Of a DNA stretch of 64,000 bases, positions 37,093 to 49,375 are shown piece after piece. The first letter of the stretch is position 1; each line of letters starts with the position of its first letter. Position numbers and translations under genes: made by a program. The notes under the pieces are model-generated. The model was not told the DNA's origin. It worked only from the letters and a program-made list of their open reading frames with translations, and ran no database searches. The stretch is taken from assembly GCF_028641065.1 (NCBI RefSeq), contig NC_073389.1, positions 27,652,001-27,716,000 on the forward strand. Reading direction: 5' to 3'. Source of the stretch: Leucoraja erinacea (taxonomy: Eukaryota).

Positions 37093-38474
37093 GTTGATGG
37101 GATAGGCTGTATGCGCAAGATTTGCGTGTGATAATTAGTGCTCTCAAAACCGGGAAGGAATTAAAGGGAGGTGTATTTTGCAAAATCTGCATTATATTTG
37201 ACTAATCTTAGCAGAATCAAATTGAGAATACACAGGTACATGGTTTAAATGCGAGGGGACCAAGGGGACACTTTTTCCTTAGGGTTACGAGATTGTGGAA
37301 GGTGCCTTTATATACATCGAAGATAATAGACACAAAATGCTGGCGTATCTCCCAAAAACATCGCCTATTTCTTTTCTCCAGAGATGCTGCCTGACCCGCT
37401 GAGTTACTCCAGCATTTTACATAGAAACATAGAAAATAGGTGCTTGAGTAGGCCATTTGGCTCTTCGAGTCAGCACCGCCATTCAATACGATCATGGCTG
37501 ATCATCCAAAAATCAGTATCCCGTTTCAGCTTTCTCCCCATATCCCTTGAATCCCTTAACCCTAAGAGCTAAATCTAACTCTCTTGAAAACATCCAGTGA
37601 ATTGGCCTCCACTGCCTTCTGTGGCAGAGAATTCCACAGATTGCTTTCTGTGGCAGAGAATTCCACAGATTTTGTGTCTACCTTCGGTATAAACCAGCAT
37701 CTGTAGTTCCATTGTAAGCCAACATAATTGTTGAAGCAATTCCTCTGGGTTGCTCCAAGATAATTAATTGCCAGTATCACCATGTGTGGAAAGGTTCAAA
37801 AGCTGGGTGAAGGAGATGGGTGTGGATATACAGGTATGCCAGATGCCTGGAATTACTGCTTGAAGGGGGAGTTAATGGCACAGGCATGAAGAGAGGGCTG
37901 AGTATGTTCCGAAGTGCTAGACATACTCGATGGGTTGGGCAGCATCTGTGGTGAGAATGGATGGGTGACATTTCGGGTCGGGATCCTCCTTTAGACTGAA
38001 TTCAGACTTTTTGAGAATGAAGAAGGGTCCCAACCTAACATATTGCCTGTCCATTGCTCAAGATTCCAGCATCTGCAGTTCCTTGTGCATATGCTTTGAG
38101 TAAATGTATTTCTACTAATTTTTATTTTGATCATTTGCATGACCATTAATTGCCATGACGCTTTTGGGACAGAATAGGACTATTAATCTCAGATGTAGTA
38201 GAAGCAAAGAACTGCAGATGCTGGTTTACAAAAAAAATACACCGTGCTGGAGTCCGGCAGCGTCTCTGGAAAGCATAGATGGGTGATGTTTCGGGTTAGG
38301 ACCCATCTTCAGACTCTGTAGAAGGCTCCCGACCGGAAGCATCACCTATCCATGTTCTCCAGAGATGCTGCCTGACCCACTGAGTTACTCCAGCACTTGG
38401 TGTCCTTCATCGAGCTTGAAATACTCTTTGCAGGGAGGAAGTTTTTACTAAAGAATGTGATTTCTGTGTTACAG

Positions 38475-38858
38475 CCCAGACTCTAAACGTCTCTGCAAGC
38501 GGAGGGACCCTCATGTTGAACAAAGGTGACGAGATTGATCTTGTTTGCAGTGTAACTGGTGCCGATGACTTCAGTGTTGAGGTTGGCTGGTATTTCAGCA
38601 CATCTCTGCCGACGGATACTCAAAGCAGCAAACTTCTGGTGCACATGAACCTTGCAGCCATCGTCAACAACTCGGACTTTGTCACGTTAAACAGGATTAG
38701 CGGCAGCGAATACAGACTGAGAGTGCAACAAGCCGACGAAGGAGACAGTGGATATTACTACTGTGCTGCCTCTGTTTGGGTCCCACATACCAATGGGTTA
38801 AAGCGCAACGCAGCAGCGAAGACCTCCGATCCTCTCCACGTCACTGTGACACTTCTAG
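38475..38858 (+). CDS. PTGFRN: PTGFRN exon 4, Ig domain 3
   Basis: Acceptor gtgttacag|; AQTLNVS...DLVC...EVGWYFS...DSGYYYCAASVW...VTLL; donor G|GTAATC. Confidence 0.95.
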
Positions 38859-38871
38859 GTAATCTCTTCCT

Positions 38872-39165
38872 TTAGACTTTAGAGATACAGCGCAGGGAAA
38901 CAGGCGCGCCAGTCTGCGCCAACCAGGGATCACCCTGCACACAAGTTGTATCCTACCCACAAGGGATATGTGCCATTTACAGCAGACAATTAACCTACAA
39001 ACCCGCATATCTTTGGAGTGTGAAAGGAAACCAGTGCACCCACAGAACACCCACACAGTCATAGGGAGAAAGTAAAACTCCGCAGTCAGCACCCACATTC
39101 AGGCTCGAATCCAGGTCTCTGGCGCTGCAGGGCAGCACCTCTACTGCTGCACCACTATGCCGCCC
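38872..39165 (-). mobile_element. V-SINE (HE1-like); tail starts 13 nt after the exon 4 donor
   Basis: Same family, antisense; sense partner at about 39483-39973. Confidence 0.8.
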
Positions 39166-39650
39166 TAACAATCGAGAGTTTTGGAAAACTTCCTTAAAGA
39201 TCTTCCTTCGTCGTTTTGCATGTGCGAGTAATTGTGTATAATTAGCAACATCACATGAAGTTTAGCGAGCATGGAATGCCTTTGTGTTGACTGCAAGTGA
39301 CTCCTTGACATTGCGCAGTGCTGAAATAGGATCGATTCTAATGGTTAATTATATGAAGATAAATGAATGGTTGTCATTGCAAAGAATGCTGGTTAGAAGC
39401 ATGTTTTTCCAATTTACACTTTGTGGTTTAGCAAAGCCATTGTAGAGAAAAGGACATTCTAGCTTCCTTCTGAAAGGAAGGTCGCGGCACAGTGGTTTGG
39501 CAGCAGAGTTGCTGCCCTACAGTGCCAGAGATCCGGGTTCCACCCTGACTAAGGATAGCGTCCATCTGGAATTTTTTACGTTTTCCCTGTGATCGCGTGG
39601 GTTTTTTCCGGGTGCTCCCATTCTCCAAAGACATGCAGATTTGTAGATTT

Positions 39651-39841
39651 ACAAAAAAGTTGGAGAAGCTCAGCGGGTGCAGCAGCATCTATGGAGCGAA
39701 GGAAATAGGCAACGTTTCGGGCCGAAACTGGCCCGAAACGTTGCTTATTTCCTTCGCTCCATAGATGCTGCTGCACCCGCTGAGTTTCTCCAGCTTTTTT
39801 GTGTACCTTCGATTGTCCAGCATCTGCAGTTCCTTCTCAAA
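39651..39841. mobile_element. Same young fold-back element, inserted in a V-SINE
   Basis: About 70-bp inverted arms; degenerate 14-bp TSD cag(a/g)tttgtag(a/g)tt at 39636-39649 and 39842-39855. Confidence 0.8.
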
Positions 39842-40553
39842 CAGGTTTGTAGGTTAGTTGGCTTTGGTAAAAGATGTCCCTAATTTGTAGGAAAATGCTG
39901 GAGTACGTGTGATTACTGGTTGGCGTGGACTCGGTGGGCTGATGGTCCTGTTTCCACACTGCATGTCTAAACTACCAAATTAGCCTTCAGATAAGATTCA
40001 CAAAGTGCTGGAATAACTCAGCAGCTCAGGGAGCTTATCTGGAGAATATGGATAAGATAGACACAATGCCTTGCCTAGCAAGAGCCTATCAATATCCAGA
40101 GGTTTTTAGGGTGTTATTCAGATCCTGGCTATAAATCACCCTTAAGTTTCCTGTTTTGATGCATTCTAAATTTTTAGGTTAGAGATTAGAGAGATACAGT
40201 GTGGAAACAGGCCCTTCGGCCCACCAAGACCATGCTGACCAATGAGCAAGCTGTACACTAGCAATAGCATTACCGAAGTCCAGTAACCTACACACCTGCT
40301 CGTCTTTGGAAGGAGACAGAAGCACCCAGAGAAAGCCCACAGAGTCACGGGGAGAACGTACAAACTCCATACAGAACCATGGTCTCTGGCCTGTAATGCA
40401 GCAACTCTAATGCTGCACCACTGTGCCGAATGTGAAAGGTTAATTCTGAAGAAGGGTTCCGACCAGAAATGTCACCCACCAATGTTCACCAACATTCTGT
40501 GCACTTTTTTGTGAACTAGCATCTGCAGTTCCTTGTGTCTCTCTGAAAGATTG

Positions 40554-40554
<1 letters not shown>

Positions 40555-40593
<39 letters not shown>
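40555..40593 (+). repeat. (TTGA)n microsatellite
   Basis: About 10 direct units. Confidence 0.9.
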
Positions 40594-40595
<2 letters not shown>

Positions 40596-40814
40596 AAAGA
40601 CAGCATGGCAACAGGCCCAGAGTCAAAAAAAGGCACAAAGCGCTGGATTAACAGGCAAAGTGTCTGGAGAACATGGATTGCTGACATTTGTGCTAGGAAC
40701 CTTCTTCAGGCAAATAGACCTCCACAGTCTATTGAAAGGTGACCCCCATAGATAATAACGTTGACATCATATTTTCAGTTGCATTTATATTAAAGAGGAA
40801 TCTGAAGAAGGGTC

Positions 40815-41110
40815 ATAGAAACATAGAAAATAGGTACAGGAATAGGCCATTAGGCCCTTCGAGCCTGCACCGCCATTCAATATGATCATGGCTGATCATC
40901 CAACTCAGTATCCTGTACCTGCCTTCTCTCCACAATCCCTTTAGCCACAAGGGCCACATCTAACTCCCTCTTAAATATAGCCAATGAACTGGCCTCAACT
41001 ACCTTCTGTGGCAGAGAGTTCCAGAGATTCACCACTCTCTGTGTGAAAAATGTTTTTCACATCTCGGTCCTAAAGGATTTCCCCTCTATCCTCAAACTGT
41101 GACCCCCTTG
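40815..41110 (-). mobile_element. CR1 3' fragment inserted into a hammerhead motif
   Basis: Splits ctgaagaagggtc | cccgacctgaatcgtcacc. Confidence 0.8.
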
Positions 41111-41400
41111 CCCCGACCTGAATCGTCACCTGTCCATGTTCTCCTGAGATGCTGCCTGACCTGCTGAGTTACTCCGGTACTTTGTGTCCTTTTGTGAGAG
41201 GCAAACCTCTGTTTTATAAACTGACATCTGGACAGGTACATGGATAGGAAAGGTTTCGAGAGATACGGGCAGGAGGGCCTAGTGTGGATGGGGCATATAC
41301 GTACGCGTAGGCAAACTGAGATGAAGGGCCTATTTCCATGCTGTATGATGATGACTCTGTGCAGTTGCTTGTGTCCACATCTCTGTTCTAATGTTTGCAG

Positions 41401-41823
41401 ATCCCACGTACACCGTTCTCTCCAGATCCCTGAGGATGCCCAATTCCTCAGGGGACGCAGCGGAACTTGAGTGCGAAGTGTTGGACTTGCACAACGCTGA
41501 TGAAGCCAAGTTAACCGTGGCCTGGACCTTCAAGCCGAGCGTGTCCAATGGAGTTGCTGGTGAGAGCGGGCTGATAGCGGAGATGGATCAAGATTGGACT
41601 CTGAAACTGAACCCTCGCTATAACGAGCGAGCCCAAAAGGGAGAGATAACCTTTACCAAACCCATGCCACATACGTTCAAGTTTCAGATGCAGCATGCAT
41701 CTGTCTCTGACAGAGGGGAATATTTCTGCAACATTTCTGCCTGGGTTAAACAACGAGGAAACACGTGGATGAAAAAACAGGAAATACTTTCCTCTGCTAT
41801 TGTTATGGTCTGGAAAACTGAAG
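41401..41823 (+). CDS. PTGFRN: PTGFRN exon 5, Ig domain 4
   Basis: Acceptor tttgcag|; DPTY...ELEC...TVAW...MDQDWTL...DRGEYFCNISAW...WKTE; donor G|GTAAAA. Confidence 0.95.
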
Positions 41824-42833
41824 GTAAAATGCCCCTCAACTTTCTGTGAGGACATTGTTCCCCTGACCAGTTGCTATGCTGTTATTTTCTTTGGGGGTGA
41901 CACTGTGCGCAATTTTGGAGTTGCTGCCTTACAGCGCCACAAGCTGCGGGTACTGTCCGATTCATCTCTACCCCATTTCATCTCTACCCCATTGCAGACA
42001 CTGGACTTTGTCCATGGAACTGGTGCACTGCAATGCCGAGTGGATGATATAGTGGCACAATTGGTAGAGCACAGCTGGCGGAGGTAAAGAGCCTTACAGC
42101 CCCAGAGACCCGAGTTTGATTCTGACCTCAGCTTCTGTCTGCGACAGTGGGGGTTTCCTCCGGGTGCTCCGATTTCCACCCACATCCCAAAGATGTGCGG
42201 TTTAGTAGATTATTTGGCCCTCTGTAACTTGCCCCTGGTGTGTAAGGAGTGGATGACAATGTGGGATAACATAGAAATAATATGAACAGGTGATCACTGG
42301 TCGGCATGTACTCGGTGGGTCAAAGGGCCTGTTTCTTGCTGTATATCTAAACTTGCCGACCAACATGTTCCATCTACACTAGTCCCACCTGCCTGTATTT
42401 GACCCATATCCCTCTAAACCTGTCCTATACATGTACCTGTCCAAATGGTTCTTAAACATTGCCTCAACTACCTCCTGCGGCAGCTCGTTCCATACACCCA
42501 CCGCCCTTTGTGTGAAAAAAACAGATGCAGCATGGAAACAGCCCCTTCGGCCCATCAAGTCTACACTGACCCATTCACACTAGTTCTATGTTATTGAACT
42601 TTCTCATCCCCTCCGTACACAGTAGGGGCAATGTACCTACCAACCTGCACGACTTTACAACGTGGCAGGAAACCAGAGCACCCAGAGGAAACCCACGCGG
42701 TCACAGGAAGAACGTGCGATCTCCACACAGACAGCACCCGTAGTCAGTATCGAACCTGGCTCTCTGGTGCTGCGAGGCAATGGCTTTACCAGCTATGTCA
42801 CTGCTGCCCCTGGGGATGGCGTGAGCTGTTTTA

Positions 42834-43725
42834 CAATACAATACAATACAATACAATACAATACAAATTTATTATCATTTGAGCCCCAGTGAGACTCAAA
42901 CGAAATGTTGTTTCCACAGCCATACAAACAAAGACACTGTCTTACAGACATACACATAATTAAATTCACACAAACATCCATCACAGTGAAGCCACTGTGA
43001 TGGAAGGCAAGTCTTTTCTCTCCCCTGTTCTCCGTGTCTCTCCCGATGTCCAAGCCCCAGGCGGGCGATGATGAGTCCCACGGCCATTTTAGGCCGCGCG
43101 GGGCGATTTACGGCCCCGCTCCCGGTCTGAAAGTCCAAGGTTGGAACCCCCACGGGCGATGGTGAGTCCCACGGCCATGAAGCCGTGCCGGGTGATGTAC
43201 TGTCCCGGTCCGGGTTGTTCCAACCCCGTGACACCGGCTGGAGAAGTCGCGTTGCGGGAGCTCCGGGAAGCAGTCTCTCTCTCTCCTCCCAGACCCGCGA
43301 GCTCCCGATGTCACAGTCCACCGGACCTGCGGCTGCCGGAGCCTGGAGCCTCCGAGCGTGGAGTTGCTGGAGCCTAAGAGCCCCAGTCAGCGAGCCGCAG
43401 CAGCGCCGCTCCCCACGCACCGAGGCCGGGCCACCCCCGACGATGGTGAGTCCGCAGATCCGCAGTCTCCGGGACTGGAGCCCCCGGGTCGTTCAGGTTG
43501 AAGGCTGGTGCTAGGCCCCAACGACAGCCGAGACCCGACAGGGAAAAAGTCGGGTCTCCCGGACAGGGAAGAGATTTAAACAGTTTCCCCCTCCCCCCCG
43601 CCCCCCACATTTACACATTTAAAAATACTATTAAAAAACACCAAGCACTACATTTAACTAGACAAAAAATAAAAAAAAGACAGACAGGCTGTAGGGGCCG
43701 CTGCAACGGGTGAGTCGCGCCGCCA
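42834..43725 (-). mobile_element. GC-rich non-autonomous retroposon with (GTATT)n tail
   Basis: (aatac)n at 42834-42866 next to a LINE-like 3' end (acatttcgtt...aaatgataataaa on the minus strand); CpG-rich body with no credible protein. Confidence 0.6.
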
Positions 43726-44053
43726 ATTAAAGCAGAGGTCCAGAGGTACCCTGCGTGGGGGGGGGGGGGGGGGGGGGGGGGGGGGGCGTAAAGATCAACA
43801 ATGGACCCGGAGAAGGGTGTGGGGGTGGGAGAAGAAGGAAGACGGACCAACGGGACTATGTTGATTACTTTTGTAACTTTGTCAGCGGCCGATATGTGGC
43901 GACTCTTGGAAATACTTGTGTATTGTATACAAAGCAAAGAAGCTCACTGTAGCATTGTACATGTGATACTCAAGCTGTCCTTTGGTGTATTAACCAGCAT
44001 CTGCAGTTCCTTGTGTTTCAGCATGTAATGTTGGTGTCCCCTCTGCCCCTCAG

Positions 44054-44458
44054 ACCCAGGGCTCAGTGTCATGGCAACTGAGGAGAAGCCAGCAGCTGCG
44101 ATGGGACACACGTTTGAAATGATGTGCAGCGTTTCAGCAGAGCACATGGCGGTCCCCTACTACTCCGTGGTGGTAGTGATGAACGAGCCGGCCTCCATCG
44201 ACAGCAAGAGGCTTATCTCACTGACGCGGGAGTCGGTGGTGAAACTGGAGCAGTGGGATGTCAAGGACCGGCCGGAAGACATTATCCTGGAGAAGGTCAG
44301 CGACCAGGAATTCCGATTCCGTCTGTACAGGACTCAGTTTTCCGACCAGGGCTCGTATTACTGTCTGGTCCAGGCGTGGATACAAGACCACAATGGATTG
44401 TGGGCCGAGGCTGTCTCCAATAACTCAAACCCCATTGCCGTCGCCTTTACAACAGCAG
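44054..44458 (+). CDS. PTGFRN: PTGFRN exon 6, Ig domain 5
   Basis: Acceptor ctgcccctcag|; DPGLSV...GHTFEMMC...SVVKLEQW...LEKV...DQGSYYC...FTTA; donor G|GTGAGT. Confidence 0.95.
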
Positions 44459-46013
44459 GTGAGTTCTGAGTGTATCATGCAGTGAAGTTTGCAATAGATT
44501 TCATTGTACTTAACACAATACAGCACAGGAATCGCCTCTTCGCATAAGTTGATAAGTCATAGGAGTAGAATTAAGCCATTCGGCCCATCGAGTCGAGTCT
44601 GTCATTCTATCATAGCTGATCTATCTTTCCCTCTCAACCCCATTCTCCTGTCTTCTCCCTGTAATCCCTGACATCCCTGCTAATCTCAAATCTGTCAATC
44701 TCTGCCTTTGAAATACCCAATAACGGCCTCCACAGCTGTCAGTGGCAATGAATTCCACAGATTCACCACCCCCTGGCTAAAATAATTCCTCATAATTTCC
44801 CTTCTGGATGTACGTCCTCTGTGCCCTCTGGTCCTAGGTTCTCCCACCACACTCTCCCTCTCCACATCCATTCTATCCAGGCCTTTCACTCTTCTGCCCA
44901 CAATGTCAGCCTTCACCGTGCAAAGTTAAACTAATCTCCTCTGCCTGCACGTGATGCATATAATGTTGCCTTTGCTTATTTCTCCTACCAAAATGCATCA
45001 TCTCACATTTCTCTGCACGAAACACCATCTACAATGTATCTGCCTACTTCATCAGTTTGTATCCTGCTGTAATGCAATATTATAGAACGGAGAATAATAC
45101 AGGAACAAGCCCTCCTGCAAGTCCATGCTGAACATGATGCCAAGCTAAACTAATCTCTACTGCCTGCATGTGATCCATATCCCTCCATTCCCTGCATATC
45201 CATGTGCCTATCTAAAGGCCTCTTAAACGCCACTATTGTATCTCCCTCCACCACCACCCCAAGCAACGCGTTCCAGGCATCTTTGCACTAGACGATGCAC
45301 CCTTTATTTTTGCACTGTGGACGGCTTGGTAGTATTTATGTTCACACGCACCACCAGACTCAGGAACAGTTTCTTCCCCTCCGTTATTGGCCTTCTGAAT
45401 GGTCCTTCCATAAACTAGGGCATTATCCAATTCCCCTCTATCCCATTGAGGACATTGGACTTTGTCTAAGGAACAGGTGCACTACAATGCTGTTAACTAT
45501 ATTCTGCACTCTGTACCTTCCCGTCGCTCTACTATTGTTCTTGAGTTTGGCTTGATTGTATTTATGTATAGTATCATCTGATCTGATTGGATGGCACGCA
45601 AACCAATGCTTTTCACTGTTTCTGTGATGTGCACGTGACAATAATAAACAAACAAGCGGATATAATTGCCTGCAATTCCAAATTCTGGATAGTGCAAAGT
45701 TGCTGAAAACACTGGTTCTTTTGAAGGTCCAGGACATTTGATGGATTTGATTTTCAAACTTTGTAAAAATCTTTCAAAGTAGCTTCTTGTTATAAAATAC
45801 TGCACGGCTGAATGAAAATAGCATTAATGTTCAGCTATTCTTTAAAGTAAGGATTATTGAAGAAAATAGTTGTGAACTTGGGCCACATTATATGTTAGAG
45901 GCCAATACTGTGGAGTAAGTGTAAATGTTCTGTAAAGTTCTGATTCTCTTTTAAACAAGGATCTCATTTTCAGTAAAGAGATTTAAGTGCCAGATCAATA
46001 AAGTAAAGACCAG

Positions 46014-46153
46014 GTATACAAAAATGCTGGAGAAACTCAGTGGGTGCAGCAGCATCAATGGAGCGAAGGAAATAGGCAACGTTTCGGGTCGAAACCCTTC
46101 TTCAGACTTTTGTGTACCTTCGATTTTCGAGCATCTGCAGTTCCTTCTTAAAC
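46014..46153. mobile_element. Same young fold-back element, perfect 14-bp TSD
   Basis: aaagtaaagaccag at 46000-46013 and 46154-46167; inverted segment joined to the direct 3' end gcatctgcagttccttcttaaac. Confidence 0.85.
46075..46107 (-). ncRNA. Putative minimal hammerhead ribozyme, antisense to PTGFRN, core intact
   Basis: Reverse complement reads GT CTGAAGA A GGGT-TTCG-ACCC GAAA CGTT GCC. Confidence 0.55.
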
Positions 46154-46924
46154 AAAGTAAAGACCAGATTGTGAGAGCGAATTAAAATATTTCAGTGAGA
46201 CAAATAAAGACACCACTGTATGTGGGATGGTTGCACGCTCCATTGCAAGGCTATTCCAAGTTTGCTACGGTTAGATTTACCCATTAATGTGTCCATACTT
46301 GAATAGTTTACTGATAATCATCAACTATAATTTTCAATGGAGGAAAGGTGTTGCTGAAAGAAATATTGGACGATCAGCAAATGGTGGCAGACCTGTACCT
46401 TTAAGGCCAAGATACGACTCTATGCTTTTATGAAATGTGAAACTTGCAGAATACAAGATGGCGCCAGAAACGTGGCAACTCTTCTTGTACTGCCTCAGTG
46501 TGATCTACCGTTCTTACACTACAATCATTGCACTCTTGTACTTGGGTATGAATGTGCTTACGTGTAGTAAGATTTTACTGAATGGGACGTAAAACAAAAA
46601 CATTTGCTGTTTTTAGTTACGTGACAATAAAGTATCATCGAACCATTGAAGAAGCCAAAAGGCTGTGAGATAAGGAGAGAGGCGTGAACTGTGAAGCCAG
46701 TTCATAAGTCCCAGGAGCTAAATTGGGTTATTTGGTCCATCGAGTCTACTCTGTCGTTCAATCATGGCTAATCTATCTTTCCCTCTCAACCCCATTCTCC
46801 TGCCTTCTCCCCGTAACCGTTGATGCCTTTATCTAGAGGAAAGAGAAAGGGAAATAGGTTTGTTTGTATTTAGTGACGTGCATTATAAAGCTTATCTATT
46901 AACTTGTCTCCTTTTGCACTCCAG

Positions 46925-47032
46925 CTCCTAGGTTTAATGTGACTTTGGAGTCAAAGAGACCTCATGTGCACCAAGGAGAGACGTTGGAAATGTACTGCGT
47001 GGTTGATCTGCTGGATATACCAAGCACCTCGG
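46925..47032 (+). CDS. PTGFRN: PTGFRN exon 7, N-terminal part of Ig domain 6 (absent from the ORF track)
   Basis: Acceptor cttttgcactccag|; APRFNVTLESKRPHVHQGETLEMYCVVDLLDIPSTS; donor G|GTAATT. Supplies the B-strand Cys that exon 8 lacks; 108 nt, phase 1-1. Confidence 0.9.
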
Positions 47033-47297
47033 GTAATTTTAGACGTTATGCTCTGGATCTATTATAGTGTGTGATACCAAAATAGCTTCACCGGGCTGAT
47101 TGACTCTCGGCAGCTCTGCACCTTCAGACAGCTACGGTGACTTTTCACGGCAGCTGCAGCCACGTCGGAATCTGGTCTGGCTTTAATTCACACCGTTCCC
47201 ACTCCTAGAGCTTTACGCCAAATCTATACGTCTTGGGGAATGTTGCATTTGTCAGGGATGCAGTTACATGATGTGCAGGGTACAAAAGACAATGCTG

Positions 47298-47568
47298 CTT
47301 AGTTTTAGAGATACTGCGCGGAAACAGGTCCTTCAGCCCACTTAGTCCGCACCAACCTGCGATCCCCACACATTACACTACCCTACACACACTAGCGACA
47401 ATTTACACTTGTACCAAGCCAAGCCTACAAACCTGTACGGAGAAAACCTACACGGTCACGGGGAGAACGTACAAACTCCATACAGACAGCTCCTGTAGGC
47501 AGGATCAAACCTGGGTCTCCGGCGCTGTAAGGCAGCAGCTCTACCACTGCACTACCATACCGTGCTGC
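47298..47568 (-). mobile_element. V-SINE (HE1-like)
   Basis: Same family. Further copies at about 47670-48056(-), 48235-48535(+) and 48585-48940(-). Confidence 0.78.
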
Positions 47569-49037
47569 CCTGTGCCTCTTTAGATAGGCACAAAATGCTG
47601 GAATAAATCAGCAGGTCAGGCAGCATCTCTGGAGAAAAGGAATAGGTGACGTTTTGGGTTGGAACCTTTGTAGTTTAGAGATCCAGCATAGAAACTGGCC
47701 CTTCAGCCCATCGAGTGCGCGCCAACCATCAACCACCCATTCACATTAGTTGCACCATTCCCTACACACTGGGGACAATTTACAGACACCATTTGGACAG
47801 TTACTTAGCTAGGAAATGGATATGGGCCAAATGCGGGCAAATGGGATGTTTAGATGGGGTATCTTTCTCGGCATGGACATGTTGAGCCCAAAGGTGTTTC
47901 TGTGCTGCATGACTCTAGTTGACCTACGGACACACTCATCTTTGGGATGTGGGAGGAAACCAGAGCACCTGGAGGAAACCCACACAGTCACAGGGAGAAC
48001 ATGCAAACTCCACACACAGACAGCACCCTGAGGTCAGGATCGAACCCGGGTCTCTGTGATGTCTTTCTTTCATGGGCGTTTGAATTGCTGAACCAGGCTG
48101 TGATGCAACCCTCTGGAATGTTATTGTCTTGGTTGCATTGTTATTGCCCTGGTTGTATTAATGTGACTCAAATGAAGTGACATTTCTCAAATCCTGACAT
48201 TATGTAGATTTTAGTTATTGTGCGTCTAGTATCATGGAGTGGCGCGGTGGCAGAGTTGCTGCTTCACAGCGCCAGAGACTCGGGTTCAATCCTGACTACG
48301 GGTGCTGTCTGTACGGAGTTTGTACATTCTCCCTGTGACCGCGTGGGTTTTATCTGGGTGCTCCAATTTATTCCCACACTCCAAACTCGTGCAGGTTTGT
48401 AGGTTAATTGGCTTCTGTAAATTGTAAATTGCTACTAATGTGCAGGATGGTGCTAGTATACAGGGTGATTGCTTGTTGGCACAGACTTGGTCGGCTGAAG
48501 GGCCTGTTTCTGCACTGCATCTCTAAAGTCTAAAGCAAAGTGGAGTTATATAGTTTTAAATTAAGTTTCAGAAAAGGCTCCCCCGGCCCACCGAGTCTGC
48601 GCCGACCAGCGATGGCCCCGTGCACTAGCACTGTCCTACACACTAGAGAAAATTTGCAATGTACAGAAGCCAATTAACCTACAGCCTGCATTGGATGATC
48701 AGCCATGATCATATTGAATGGCGGTGCAGGCTCGAAGGGCCGAATGGCCTACTCCTGCACCTAATTTCTATGTTTCTATGTCTTTGGAGTGTAGAAGGAA
48801 ACCGGAGCACCCGGAGAAAACCCACACGGTCACAGAGAGAATGCACAAACTGTGTAGAAACAGCACCCATAGTCAAGATTGAACGCGTGTCTATGGTGCT
48901 GTAAGGCAGCAACTCTACCGCTGCGCTATTATGCTGCCCATTGTATCGTGGGTATAAATATGATTGAATTTAATTTATAAATGCCCATTGTCTTGGGCCA
49001 TTCATTAATCCAAATGATTTATCACCTTTCCCCATAG

Positions 49038-49337
49038 ATGTTTTGTATGAAGTGGAATGGTACTTCCAAGGAATTCATTTTAATGCCACACTGAGTCCTT
49101 TGGTGATGGTGGATCGGGGATCAGTAGTCACCTACCAGGAAGACTTTGGGACGCGTGGAATCAGCGTTGAACGAGTTAGCACGCACAGCTTCCGACTGCG
49201 AGCCCACTGTGTGGACCGTGGCTTCACTGGAGATTATTTTTGCAAAGTGACGCCCTGGATTAAATATGAGGCTGAAAAATGGGTCCAAATCCCTCCACAG
49301 GAATCCGCTCAGCTTTCCATGCGCATCGATATTTCAG
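49038..49337 (+). CDS. PTGFRN: PTGFRN exon 8, C-terminal part of Ig domain 6
   Basis: Acceptor tttccccatag|; DVLYEVEW...SVERVS...GDYFCKVTPW...IDIS; donor G|GTTAGT. Confidence 0.94.
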
Positions 49338-49375
49338 GTTAGTGGAGACTTGCTCAGAGATACCTGAGAACAAAT

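Noticed and set aside
37617-37671. 26-bp direct repeat as a regulatory element
   Set aside because: It sits at the 5' junction of a truncated CR1 and is best explained as reverse-transcription slippage.
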